Source of the DNA: Candidatus Heimdallarchaeota archaeon
Lineage (GTDB): Archaea > Asgardarchaeota > Heimdallarchaeia > Heimdallarchaeales > Kariarchaeaceae
DNA length: 32,000 nt
NCBI GenBank assembly: GCA_030149205.1
Contig: JASBSB010000001.1
Span: forward strand, 620,712 to 652,711
Reading direction: 5' to 3'
Part shown: positions 1 to 9,090 of the stretch, piece after piece
How positions within the stretch are numbered: position 1 is the stretch's first letter
How the letters are laid out: the number at the start of each line of letters is the position of its first letter
Translations under genes and position numbers: made by a program
Notes under the pieces: model-generated
Databases searched by the model: none
Told to the model about the DNA's origin: nothing
What the model saw: only the letters and a program-made list of their open reading frames with translations

Positions 1-1253
1 CCACCAATTGGAAAACCAGGGATTGCAAACTGTAGAATTGCATCATTTACAACACCGTTTCCGAACTTTACCTGAGTAAAAATATTATTTTCAAATTCTT
101 TGTTTTTGGTAAAGGAGTATAATGCCAAAGGTTCCTTAAAGGATTGAAGTATACGTATTGCTTCTTCTTCTGTGGCAAAGGGTACTAGTGGAAGAATTGG
201 TCCAAAAATTTCCTCTGTCATAACTCTTTGAGAGGGTAACACATTTTTGATAAGATAAGGTTCAAAAAGTAGATTTTTTTCATCTATATCCCCTTTATAA
301 GCAACTTGATCCTCTGTTATATCAGTCAGAAGAGATTTGATTCTCTCAAAATGACGAGCGTTTACAATATGAGCATAATTCTCTTTTGTAAACTTATCTT
401 CGTAAATTTCATGAATGGATTCTCTGAGCTTTTCTAGCAGGTTTTCTTGAACTGTATCTTTAACTAGTATGTAATCAGGTGCTACACAGCTCTGACCAGA
501 ATTATAATATTTTGCATGGATAATTCTTTTTGCTGTAGACTTAAGTGGACTGGTCTCATCAACTATCACTGGACTTTTTCCACCCAACTCCAATGCAACT
601 GGTGTTAAATTCTTACTGGCTGCCTCATAAACAAGCTTCCCCGTCTTGTTTCCACCAATGAACATGATAAAATCGATCTGTGAATCAATGAGCATTTTTG
701 CAGTCTCTGCCTCACCAAGGACAACAGAAACATGCCTCTGATCAAAATATCTTCCTAGTAAGGTTTGGAGCATTTCAGAGGCTCTTGGAGTGAATTCAGA
801 TGGTTTGATAATTACTGTGTTACCAGCCGCTAATGCAGATGCAAGTGGTATTAAGGTCAAAAGAAAAGGATAGTTCCAGGGGGTGATTAGTAAACATATG
901 CCCCTAGGGCTATTCGTTACTGTAGATTTGGATGGGAATGCAATTAGAGATGAAATTCCACCACGTACCTTTTTTGGTCTAGACCACCTTTTTAAGTTTT
1001 TGAGAGCAAATTTAATTTCTTGGGCAACAACCCCAATTTCTCCAGAGAATGCCTCACCTCTTGGCTTATGCATATTTTCTTCTTCCAATAAATTTAACAG
1101 GAGATTTTCGTTTTCCCTAATTAATTTTAAAAGATTTTTTAATGCTAATTTGCGAATTTCATACTTATAAGTCTCTCCAGTTAAGAAATAGTCTCTTTGG
1201 GTCTGAACCAATGATTCAATCTCTTTGTTTTTAATCTTAATCTCACTAACCAC
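1..1253 (-). CDS. Aldehyde dehydrogenase (ALDH superfamily, class-3-like), 3' end cut by the window edge
   Basis: It is absent from the ORF track because no stop lies inside the window. My minus-strand translation starts at GTG 1253, with an in-frame TAG at 1259-1257 just upstream. It reads VVSEIKIKNKEIESLVQTQRDYF...ITPWNYPFLLTLIPLASALAAGNTVIIKPSEFTP...ALELGGKSPVIV...YYNSGQSCVAPDYILV...EEIFGPILPLV. This includes the ALDH Glu (ELGGKSP) and Cys (GQSCVAPDY) active-site motifs. ORF 883..1170(+) is its antisense shadow. Confidence 0.85.
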   Translation of the reverse strand, partial: MVSEIKIKNKEIESLVQTQRDYFLTGETYKYEIRKLALKNLLKLIRENENLLLNLLEEENMHKPRGEAFSGEIGVVAQEIKFALKNLKRWSRPKKVRGGISSLIAFPSKSTVTNSPRGICLLITPWNYPFLLTLIPLASALAAGNTVIIKPSEFTPRASEMLQTLLGRYFDQRHVSVVLGEAETAKMLIDSQIDFIMFIGGNKTGKLVYEAASKNLTPVALELGGKSPVIVDETSPLKSTAKRIIHAKYYNSGQSCVAPDYILVKDTVQENLLEKLRESIHEIYEDKFTKENYAHIVNARHFERIKSLLTDITEDQVAYKGDIDEKNLLFEPYLIKNVLPSQRVMTEEIFGPILPLVPFATEEEAIRILQSFKEPLALYSFTKNKEFENNIFTQVKFGNGVVNDAILQFAIPGFPIG

Positions 1254-1355
1254 AAGCTAGTGCAGTAATTTACCTCTATTAATCTTAAGATTCACCCATA
1301 TAAATCCGTCAAAATTCGAAGCTTTATAAAATGCATTTCCTCTAAAAAATAGGAT

Positions 1356-2165
1356 ATGTCATTTCGTGCAAAAGATTCTGAACACGTTGAGGATGAAAGT
1401 GGGTTACAATACCATCTAAAGGTTAAACCAAATGATCTTGCTAGGACTGTACTATTTCCTGGTGACCCGAAAAGGATCGATAGAATAGTAAAAATGTGGG
1501 ATAATTTTAAAGAGATAGCCGACTATAGACAATATAAATCCGTGACAGGAGAATACAAGGGAGTACCAATTTCAGCTACAAGCTCTGGGATAGGTCCAGC
1601 TGCTTGTGAAATTGCTCTTACAGAGCTAAAAAATGTTGGTGTAGAAAATGTAATTCGGGTGGGCTCATGTGGGACCCTTGTCGAAGATATAGAGATTGGT
1701 TCAGTGATCATATCTGAAGGTGCAGTCAGACTTGAAGACACCAGTGACCATTATGTTGACAAAGCATTCCCCGCGCTGGCATCGCGTAAAATTACCTCTG
1801 CTCTTATTAAGGCTGCAGTAGAACACGATGTTCCATATCATGTTGGGATAACTGCTACAGCTTCTTCGTTTTATGCTGGACAAGGGCGTCATACATGGAA
1901 CAATTACCTACCAAGTCACCGAAAACACCTGATAGAAGATTTAACAATGGCTGGTGTATTGAACCTGGAAATGGAAGCAAGCTTGATTTTTGTGCTTGGG
2001 AAAATATTTAAAATGGAGGTTGGTGCTGTTAGCGCAGTCTACGCAAACCGTCCAAAAAACCAGTTTGCTGTAAAGGGAGAAGAAAATGCGATTTTAGTTG
2101 CAAATGAGGCTACAAATATATTGATAAGTGAATATGAACCTCAGAACAAGAAGTACTGGTATTGA
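1356..2165 (+). CDS. udp: Uridine phosphorylase / PNP-UDP family nucleoside phosphorylase
   Basis: The 269 aa product is collinear with E. coli Udp as I recall it: FPGDPKRIDRI, SSGIGPAACEIALTEL, IRVGSCGTL, GAVRLEDTS, HVGITATASSFYAGQGR, LNLEMEAS. Confidence 0.8.
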   Translation: MSFRAKDSEHVEDESGLQYHLKVKPNDLARTVLFPGDPKRIDRIVKMWDNFKEIADYRQYKSVTGEYKGVPISATSSGIGPAACEIALTELKNVGVENVIRVGSCGTLVEDIEIGSVIISEGAVRLEDTSDHYVDKAFPALASRKITSALIKAAVEHDVPYHVGITATASSFYAGQGRHTWNNYLPSHRKHLIEDLTMAGVLNLEMEASLIFVLGKIFKMEVGAVSAVYANRPKNQFAVKGEENAILVANEATNILISEYEPQNKKYWY

Positions 2166-2264
2166 TCGGAATTTTTTACCAAATTAAACTTACTAATGTA
2201 ATTGAAATTATTTTTTGTTTAAAGAATTAGAAGTAATTTATCTATTGATTAAATATTTTAGAAA

Positions 2265-3764
2265 TTAAGTTTTGGTCAGCCCAAGCAACCCAGCAACAGC
2301 AGGATTGATTTCTGAAATTCTCTCTTTCGCAAGGATCTCATAATATTGTCTTATGATACCTGTTGTAAGAAGTATCCCAGTCCCTGAACCTATTGCCCCC
2401 AAGAAATCTGCAAATGCTGCCAATATTCCAACAGTGACTCCACCTAGGAATGCTGCATAGGGAATATAGTTATCCAAATATTTTTCTATACTATGTATAT
2501 TTCTTCTGAACCCTGGAATCTGCATATCTGCACCAATGAGTTGTTGTGCAACATCTCTAGAAGACATCCCGGCTGTTTCTACCCATATCATTGCAAAAAT
2601 TGTTGAGAACACTATCATGAGGATAGCATAGACAATGGCTTTGTCTGGATGATAATACACATCCAATAGGCCTCTCGGTGCAGTGGTAAATGCTGCCAAC
2701 CCCCCTAGAGGTATCTGCTGTGTACTACTCGGATTATTGGGGTCCGTCCCCCACACCCCTGTAAGTCTCGCTAATGTACCCATTAATCCCTGATCTTGCC
2801 CCCATGTGTTGTTCATTAGTCTACTGACAAGATAAACATTTGCGAATAATGCTGCCACCAAAATCACAGGTATGTTACTTACATACATAAATTTGATTGG
2901 ATATCTGGCAGGCATTTTATATTCACTGTGCTGAACTGGTATTTCAATCTTCATAGTTTCAAAGTAAATAACCATACCAAAGACCAAGACTGTCGCAAAC
3001 AGGTTAAACATATCAGGAGAACTGGTGATTTGAGGATGCCAAAGTCCTAAAAACACATTGTTTCTTGCAATAGATTGGAAGAAAAATATTAATGCTCCTT
3101 CCTTGTATGTACAGCTAGCTACTCCAGGGCATCCACCAACAACATTTACATCAGTAAGATTGAGTGATCCACGAACCACCTGAAAGCTGACTGATGCAGC
3201 AATGAATAATGAAATACCTGAACCTAACCCATACCCTTTTTGTACGAGCTCATCTAACATCATAATTGCAAAACCTGCTAGCGTTAACTGAGCAACTACT
3301 AAAGCCTGTAAATCTGGTCTTGAGAGAATGTTTGCCCCATAGGCTCCACCTGTGATGTAAGCAATTGCCTCGAAAACAGTCATGAAAATTGCCATCCATT
3401 TTTGTGAAACTGTGTAAAGCGCTCTTTCCTCAGAGTCTTCAAAATCAACAGAAATGATCTTAGAACCCACTAATAACTGAAGTATCATACCGGCTGTGAC
3501 GATTGGACCGATACCTAATTCTGCAAGTGTGCCTCTTTGACTGGCTAATATAGTCCTCAAGGCAAAGAATGGATCTGGGGTATTTTTGAAATTTCCAGGT
3601 CCAAATACGGGTACAGAGAGCATAATCAGATAGAGTACTAATGCTAATAGTGTATAAACTACCTTCTGGTTGAAGGTAATTTTCTTCTGTGGTTTCTTCA
3701 CTTCAATTGTGATAGGAAGAAACATTTTGAATAGTTGTAAGAATCTACTTGCTATAATCGTCAC
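2265..3764 (-). CDS. secY: Preprotein translocase subunit SecY (Sec61 alpha-like)
   Basis: The 499 aa polytopic membrane protein has an N-terminus (LPITIEVKKPQKKITFNQKVVYTLLALVLYLIM) that parallels archaeal SecY. It also carries LRTILASQRGTLAELGIGPIVTAGMILQLL (the plug/TM2 region). The start is GTG at 3764. Confidence 0.9.
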   Translation of the reverse strand: MTIIASRFLQLFKMFLPITIEVKKPQKKITFNQKVVYTLLALVLYLIMLSVPVFGPGNFKNTPDPFFALRTILASQRGTLAELGIGPIVTAGMILQLLVGSKIISVDFEDSEERALYTVSQKWMAIFMTVFEAIAYITGGAYGANILSRPDLQALVVAQLTLAGFAIMMLDELVQKGYGLGSGISLFIAASVSFQVVRGSLNLTDVNVVGGCPGVASCTYKEGALIFFFQSIARNNVFLGLWHPQITSSPDMFNLFATVLVFGMVIYFETMKIEIPVQHSEYKMPARYPIKFMYVSNIPVILVAALFANVYLVSRLMNNTWGQDQGLMGTLARLTGVWGTDPNNPSSTQQIPLGGLAAFTTAPRGLLDVYYHPDKAIVYAILMIVFSTIFAMIWVETAGMSSRDVAQQLIGADMQIPGFRRNIHSIEKYLDNYIPYAAFLGGVTVGILAAFADFLGAIGSGTGILLTTGIIRQYYEILAKERISEINPAVAGLLGLTKT

Positions 3765-3891
3765 ATCCTAAATTTTCTCGCGTGTTATTGCTTCGCGATT
3801 TTTTAGTTAACCTACTTGAATTACCCTATATTAAATTATTATCGTTAGGTGTTTTTTCTGAGTTGCAGAAACATATAAAATTAACTCACTA

Positions 3892-4257
3892 CTATGATTT
3901 GACGTTTATAATACAAAAAATCGGTGATGCAAGATTTTCAAGACAGGAGATGTCTCCATCTAATATTCCTAGCAAAGACTCAGGGTTTTCAACTGTCGAT
4001 TCTCTTAGATGAATCGAAAGCTGATCAGAAGATTGAGTCAAGCTGACTTCTCCTCTCTTAAATTCGGTTCTTAAGCGTTCACTTTTGCTTGAGAAATCCA
4101 TGGGGAATTGTATCATTGATTTGTTAATCAATCCCTTAAGGTTAATTGGAAGGGCTTCAACTACCAGTTTATGTGTAAAGGGAAGAAAAGAGCGTTTAAG
4201 CTCTAGCTCTAATTTACAACCCTCAGAAAACTCAAAAACTAGGATAGTTTTGTTCAC
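3892..4257 (-). CDS. Hypothetical 121 aa protein (possible cyclophilin-like beta-barrel, DUF369-like)
   Basis: The ORF has a GTG start and sits directly upstream of secY on the same strand. The pattern of alternating beta-strand-like segments (ILVFEFSEGCKLELEL...ALPINLKGLIN...GEVSLTQSSDQLSIHL...LLGILDGDISCLENL) loosely resembles small archaeal cyclophilin-like proteins. This is a weak call. Confidence 0.45.
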   Translation of the reverse strand: MNKTILVFEFSEGCKLELELKRSFLPFTHKLVVEALPINLKGLINKSMIQFPMDFSSKSERLRTEFKRGEVSLTQSSDQLSIHLRESTVENPESLLGILDGDISCLENLASPIFCIINVKS

Positions 4258-4366
4258 AACATTCCTTTGTAACTTAGTTTATTACATCTTCCAATTAAAA
4301 TTACTCATATGATGAATTAAACAGAATTAAATCTCAATTTCAGATACTGATCTTTAGAAATTTAAG

Positions 4367-4606
4367 TTATTCATACGTTGAGAGTATATTTTTTATGTCA
4401 CTGACAATTGAATCATCATAAATCTTGATTTTGATAAAAGCAAACTCACGGTCATCAGGAAAATATGAGATTTCACATCTTTCTGTAAAGATGATCTGAG
4501 TTTCATCACGTTCCTCAATCGTAGCTCCAAGATACTCAGCAGCTTCTTTCATGAACGATTCACCTTTCTCCCAGGTCTCAAGTTTAACTTTTAATTGCTC
4601 GGTCAT
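4367..4606 (-). CDS. Small acidic cytoplasmic protein (79 aa), translationally coupled to the upstream PLD gene
   Basis: The ATG at 4606 overlaps the TGA stop of the PLD gene (ATGA overlap, 4603-4606). It is preceded by AGGAGG (4620-4615, minus strand) 8 nt upstream. The product is MTEQLKVKLETWEKGESF...KNILSTYE. I reject the longer 98 aa ORF-track version (start 4663), which would overlap the PLD coding region. Confidence 0.55.
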   Translation of the reverse strand: MTEQLKVKLETWEKGESFMKEAAEYLGATIEERDETQIIFTERCEISYFPDDREFAFIKIKIYDDSIVSDIKNILSTYE

Positions 4607-6771
4607 TTGTTTTTCCTCCTGAATATTATTGGCACTGTAATCACAAAAAATAAGGTCACCCAAGGAAAAGACAGAGGATTTTGAGTACTTGTGTTTAAAG
4701 CCCCTCCTGTGCTAAGTGGAGTTTTTGGAACCTTATAAAATGGATCAGGGGTTTGAAGTTTGAAATCAGTAGCTTTGTTTGTGTCTTTATAGGATGGTGA
4801 TCTGAAAATAGCCTTTCCTGCCTCAATTGTCTTAACTGCCTCTGATCCATCTGGAGCTTTTGCAGTTCCCCAGGCGATAGCATCCATAACCTTTCCTTTG
4901 TTATCTAATAACTGTACGAAATCACCAGAATTAGAGAGACTAAAACTATAGCTATAACTTGCATCTCCTGAAAAGGCCTGTTTAAAACCTGTTGAGCTCC
5001 TTGCAAAAATTAAAGATGTATAAGATGGTATTACAACATTATCAAATGTGAACAATTCATTTTGAGTTCCAACCTTCCAACCATCTAATAGGACATCAAA
5101 GGGAAAGCTATTTGAAACAACGAAATATTCACCCAAGGTGTCAGAGACTGTTGATGGATTAGGAAGAACCTGTGTTAATAGAACTCTCCAGTTGTTTGAT
5201 CCTTTGTCATAATTGGCAATAGTAACTTTGACATTATCAGTAAATGTCTGCCCATTTGACACAGCCCTGAGAAAGATAGAAACAACACCATTTGATAATT
5301 TAGTTGTATCAATTGATGTCGTGAAGGTTGATGCAGATGCAGTGATGCTATTCCAGGTTGCTTTGTTATCCAAACTGTATTCAACAGTCGATACATTTAA
5401 TCCGGAGAGCACACCTTTTAGATTCACTGTTCCTGAGAGAATGTCTCCCGTTGTGAAGCTATTTTGGGTTATCCCAATTGGGAGTTTCCAAGCACTTGCA
5501 ACAGCAACGTCTTTTTTAAACACCTCATTTTTGAAGAAGTCTGCGATCGTAGGATCATCATGGATTGCAATGCCCATATCTCTGTTAACATCTCCTGAGG
5601 GGTAGGACGTTTTACCACTGGCAAGAGGTGAACTTACACTTCTAGGTGACCAGTTCCCAGAATATACAAACACATGCTTCCCATCAATGATCCAGTACTT
5701 GTTGTGGTAAAAGTTCAAGTCTGATGTGCTATTAAAAACTGGGATCAAATTCGCTACCAATGACTTGGCAGCAGCCTTAGTATCAACATTTTCGGATCCA
5801 CCTACCCTGCGTCTAGAAATCAGAACCTGAATATCAAGGCTGGGATTGTCTTTTTTAAGCTTTATCAGAGTATTATTAAAATCAGGCCTACTAATTGTGT
5901 ACATGGAAACGTAGATTGATTTTTTGGCTGTGTTAAGGTAATTGAAAATAACATCATTAGCATTATCAGGATTTGTAAATGCTGTAACATTGTAAATACC
6001 AGTGTAATTAGTTCTGGGGATATTAGTTGGGGATTTAAAGCCAGTGTAGTCAATGTGGACTGGTTTCACAAAAGGTGGTGGCACAGTAACTGAAGGTGAT
6101 GGGGGAACTACTCCATCATTCCAATCAGCCTCAAAAATACTCGTGTAATATTTTGCAACGTTTGAATTTTGGATAACCATTCCCGCCTCCCTGTTACGTG
6201 TGAATGCATTTGATCCAAAGTTAATAGAACTGATTAAGGACACCTTTTTATCGATGACTACCATTTTATTATGTGTTTGACTTATGTATGAACCAGAAGT
6301 GGCGGAAGCAGAGTCCCCCATCCATCTCACACTTATCCCAACGTTCTGAAAAAACGCAGTTACATCATCTGAGTCACTCAACTCATTTACTTGAACACGA
6401 ACAGTCACACCTCTCTGATGTGCTTTTACCAATTCACGAACTATTGGGTTAGAATCAGAGGGCCAATCTTTTGGAGTTGTTGATGTTGTTCCATTAAACA
6501 TTGTAATGTATTGATTTTGAACATCGATCGATGTGTTTGCTTTAGACAACCAATTTGCATAGATTGCCAATGCATTATCAGGTGTGAAAAGAGGAGACAA
6601 ACTCATCTGTTCCTTCACATTTAATGCCTTGAATGTAGGTGTATAAGTTAAAGGTTCAACATTTGATAGATTTACCTTAGATGTTGAATGTGCAGATGCA
6701 TGTACAATAGTCCCAGTCGGAATCAAGAGAACAAACATCATAAGCAATAACAGTCGCTCTTTTTTAAGCAT
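4603..6771 (-). CDS. Secreted, C-terminally anchored phospholipase-D-superfamily protein (two HKD motifs) with Ig-like and lamin-tail-like (LTD) domains
   Basis: The N-terminus is a signal peptide (MLKKERLLLLMMFVLLIPTGTIVHASA). There are two HxK(x4)D(x6)G/SxN motifs: HNKMVVIDKKVSLISSINFG and HNKYWIIDGKHVFVYSGNWS. An LTD-like segment is present (LLTQVLPNPSTVSDTLGEYFVVSNSFPFDVLLDGWKV...FVQLLDNKGKVMDAIAWG). At least 10 N-x-S/T sequons occur. The C-terminus is a hydrophobic helix followed by a basic tail (SFPWVTLFFVITVPIIFRRKNK). Confidence 0.85.
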   Translation of the reverse strand: MLKKERLLLLMMFVLLIPTGTIVHASAHSTSKVNLSNVEPLTYTPTFKALNVKEQMSLSPLFTPDNALAIYANWLSKANTSIDVQNQYITMFNGTTSTTPKDWPSDSNPIVRELVKAHQRGVTVRVQVNELSDSDDVTAFFQNVGISVRWMGDSASATSGSYISQTHNKMVVIDKKVSLISSINFGSNAFTRNREAGMVIQNSNVAKYYTSIFEADWNDGVVPPSPSVTVPPPFVKPVHIDYTGFKSPTNIPRTNYTGIYNVTAFTNPDNANDVIFNYLNTAKKSIYVSMYTISRPDFNNTLIKLKKDNPSLDIQVLISRRRVGGSENVDTKAAAKSLVANLIPVFNSTSDLNFYHNKYWIIDGKHVFVYSGNWSPRSVSSPLASGKTSYPSGDVNRDMGIAIHDDPTIADFFKNEVFKKDVAVASAWKLPIGITQNSFTTGDILSGTVNLKGVLSGLNVSTVEYSLDNKATWNSITASASTFTTSIDTTKLSNGVVSIFLRAVSNGQTFTDNVKVTIANYDKGSNNWRVLLTQVLPNPSTVSDTLGEYFVVSNSFPFDVLLDGWKVGTQNELFTFDNVVIPSYTSLIFARSSTGFKQAFSGDASYSYSFSLSNSGDFVQLLDNKGKVMDAIAWGTAKAPDGSEAVKTIEAGKAIFRSPSYKDTNKATDFKLQTPDPFYKVPKTPLSTGGALNTSTQNPLSFPWVTLFFVITVPIIFRRKNK
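4615..4620 (-). promoter_or_regulatory. Shine-Dalgarno-like AGGAGG for the 79 aa ORF, embedded in the last codons of the PLD gene
   Basis: The minus strand reads AGGAGGAAAAACAAATGACC. The AGGAGG lies 8 nt before ATG 4606. Confidence 0.5.
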
Positions 6772-6942
6772 TATACCTGAAGTTTTATGTAACTTATTAA
6801 ATAATGTTGTAACTATATGTAAAAATAATTAATGATTTTATAGATTAAGGTTTTCCACTTGAATTCCTTTTGATTGATATGAGAACTTATAAAAAGAAGT
6901 ATACCCTCTGATATTTATGCATCCTACTGAGGCGATGTCTTA

Positions 6943-7215
6943 ATGACCAAAAAAAGAAGAGCAGGTGGCAGATCAGGTGGTTCTCGAGGAAGAGCACAAA
7001 CTGTTCAATGCAGTTCCTGTGGTAGATCTGTTCCTGCAGATAAAGCAAAGAAGAGCACTAAGTATGTCAGTGTTGTCGATCCAAGAATGGCACAAGAGCT
7101 ACGAAAAGCTGGGGCTGTAATTCCAAGAAGAAGAGAAACCCAGATATTCTGTATTAGTTGTGCGATTCATAGAAAGAGAGTTAAAATTAGATCCAAAGAC
7201 GCAAGGAAAGAATAA
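6943..7215 (+). CDS. rps26e: Ribosomal protein eS26 (S26e)
   Basis: MTKKRRAGGRSGGSRGRAQTVQCSSCGRSVPADKAKK...FCISCAIHRKRVKIRSKDARKE is collinear with eukaryotic RPS26 (MTKKRRNNGR...CxxC...CVSCAIH...R.R). GAGG lies about 12 nt upstream of the ATG. Confidence 0.9.
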   Translation: MTKKRRAGGRSGGSRGRAQTVQCSSCGRSVPADKAKKSTKYVSVVDPRMAQELRKAGAVIPRRRETQIFCISCAIHRKRVKIRSKDARKE

Positions 7216-7385
7216 GGTATAATTTAATTCCACTAAAATTTTTTACTTTTGTTGTGTAATGTTATCTGAAGTTTTAAGACTTAGAATATTCAATTTTATC
7301 TTATAATCACAGAAAATATTCTTAGGATAATATCTTGGTATCCTCTAAGCTTTTACATTATATTAATCAAAGGAGTAATGCAATC

Positions 7386-8828
7386 ATGACAAGGGATAAC
7401 AAGTGGAAATGTAAATCTTGCGCAACCACTCAGCCCCTGTCATTCTGTAAAAACTGTGCAACTTTTCTCTGTCATGATTGTTTAGAAGAAAGTTTGATAG
7501 AAATTTACAAGTGTGACTCCTGTGAGGTTAAATTAGAGAATACTGAAATTTGTCCAAAATGTCATGAACCTGCAACAAAAATCGATAGCTCTAAGAAAAA
7601 ATCTTGCAAATACTGTAAATCTACAGAGATTGTAGAGCCATATGAGCTTCTCAATTCAATCCCAAAAGATTTTATTTCAAAAATTAGCTCAATCACAACT
7701 TTCAGTGATCAGATTGTTGATATCCATAAAAAACTTGAGCGGATGATAGCAGTTGTAAAGATAGCGAGAGACATGGGCTATATCGGATATCCTTCAATCG
7801 AATATCATTTACAGAAGATTCTCGTTGCTTTGGTTGCGCTAAATAGTGAGGCTGAAAAAAACCTTGATCTAATAAAGAAAACGGCACTCCAAATCCTTAG
7901 AAATCAAAACAATTTTTCTGAAATAGATCTTGAATTGTTTAGCCTTGTGAAGTCCAACTTTCAGGTTCTTGATAACTCAATCGAAACCTTCGAGAAAAAC
8001 ACCATTGAAAAACAAGAAAAGCTTAATGAGGAATTTATTCAACTTGTTCCAAAGGTTGAAAATCTCCTATATCACAGAACATTGTTTGAGAGTCTTAAAC
8101 CTCAACTTTCGGTAGAGTTCCCAGAAATTTTTGCGGTGCTTCAACACTTGAAAATAAAGTTGAAAATAACTTTGATCCAAAAGCAGAGTGACATCGCTGT
8201 TTTCGTCTTTTTAAGAGACTGTCTGTTCATATTGAGAGAAAGCACAGGTGAGTTCGTTCATGAGATAAAGTACTCTGACATCCAAAACATAGAGATCCAA
8301 GAACCGCTACTTAAATCCTCCAATATAGTTCTTCATGCAAGAAAGGGAGAAATCAGGATCTTTGGAACCCCAACTGAACTCAGCCAAATTAAATCATATT
8401 TCGATCTGATTTCATCAGGAACTGATTTTACAGTGAGAGACAAACAGATGGTGTATAACCTAGAGGCAAATTGTCCTGATGGTTCAATTATCAAAAATGA
8501 TTCTGATGGATTAATCAACATTGTTAAAGAAAAAATTAATGGACAACCTCTTGATCAGATCAGACAAAACACCCGAACAGGAATCAATCAAATAAAATCT
8601 AAAATTGTGGAGATACAAACAGAGATTGATATGTTGGAGGCAGAGGCAAAGTCTCAAACAAATTTTGATCCACTGCTTCTGGATAAAATTCAATTTCTAA
8701 AATCAGAAAAGCGTGACTGGCAATCTAAGCTTTACCTAATCCAAGGTGGCTACTCTCAGAATTTATCACAATACTTTCAGAGAAGGTCGAATCTTGATGA
8801 AGAATCTAGCAACCCTTACGGAATTTAG
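7386..8828 (+). CDS. Multi-zinc-finger (six CxxC pairs, B-box/RING-like) protein with a long helical region, a PH/GRAM-like beta-sandwich and a C-terminal coiled coil
   Basis: I prefer ATG 7386, which has AGGAG at 7371-7375 about 10 nt upstream, over the ORF-track TTG 7335. The N-terminus reads CKSC-x8-CKNC-x4-CHDC-x10-CDSC-x9-CPKC-x14-CKYC. Residues around IAVFVFLRDCLFILRESTGEFVHEIKYSDIQNIEIQEPLLKSSNIVLHARKGEIRIFGTPTELSQIKSYFDLI look like 6-7 beta-strands plus a capping helix. A heptad-like tail follows (IVEIQTEIDMLEAEAK). Confidence 0.7.
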   Translation: MTRDNKWKCKSCATTQPLSFCKNCATFLCHDCLEESLIEIYKCDSCEVKLENTEICPKCHEPATKIDSSKKKSCKYCKSTEIVEPYELLNSIPKDFISKISSITTFSDQIVDIHKKLERMIAVVKIARDMGYIGYPSIEYHLQKILVALVALNSEAEKNLDLIKKTALQILRNQNNFSEIDLELFSLVKSNFQVLDNSIETFEKNTIEKQEKLNEEFIQLVPKVENLLYHRTLFESLKPQLSVEFPEIFAVLQHLKIKLKITLIQKQSDIAVFVFLRDCLFILRESTGEFVHEIKYSDIQNIEIQEPLLKSSNIVLHARKGEIRIFGTPTELSQIKSYFDLISSGTDFTVRDKQMVYNLEANCPDGSIIKNDSDGLINIVKEKINGQPLDQIRQNTRTGINQIKSKIVEIQTEIDMLEAEAKSQTNFDPLLLDKIQFLKSEKRDWQSKLYLIQGGYSQNLSQYFQRRSNLDEESSNPYGI

Positions 8829-9075
8829 GAATTAGTATCCATAGTATTAACACACGATAGTTTGATTTCAATAGATCTTAAGCTAAAAAATGGTTAAATT
8901 GTGCAATACATGGGTAGATCATAAAAAGATTCAGAGATACTCCTTAATTTTAAATATTTAACAAGTTTATTGTTGGAACCATTTTGAACCCTTTGAACAG
9001 ATTAACAAAGTGTTATCATATTTAGCAAATTAATAACGTATAGTGCTGATTAAACGCAATGTTAAAAGAAAATTC

Positions 9076-9085
9076 AAAAAAAAAA
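9076..9085 (-). terminator. Oligo-T (T10) archaeal-type terminator just 3' of the tRNA
   Basis: The minus strand immediately after discriminator A73 reads TATTATTTTTTTTTTGAA. The plus strand is A10 at 9076-9085. Confidence 0.5.
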
Positions 9086-9090
9086 TAATA

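Noticed and set aside
883-1170. 95 aa plus-strand ORF from the track
   Set aside because: It lies entirely antisense to a well-supported aldehyde dehydrogenase reading frame. Its composition is non-protein-like, so I treat it as a shadow ORF.
3777-3798. GC-rich inverted repeat TCGCG-N11-CGCGA just upstream of the secY start
   Set aside because: The stem is only 5 bp with an 11-nt loop. That is too weak to call as a regulatory hairpin without conservation data.
4309-4350. C/D-box sRNA-like signature: ATGATGA (4309-4315) followed by CTGA (4347-4350)
   Set aside because: At 42 nt overall it is too short for a two-guide archaeal C/D sRNA. It has no recognisable D'/C' boxes and no terminal complementary stem. 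This is probably chance in AT-rich spacer.
4607-4663. Longer 98 aa version of the small ORF (start 4663) overlapping the PLD gene by 61 nt
   Set aside because: The internal ATG at 4606 has a strong AGGAGG at optimal spacing and forms an ATGA stop-start overlap. The extension would have to be read through the membrane-anchor codons of the PLD gene.
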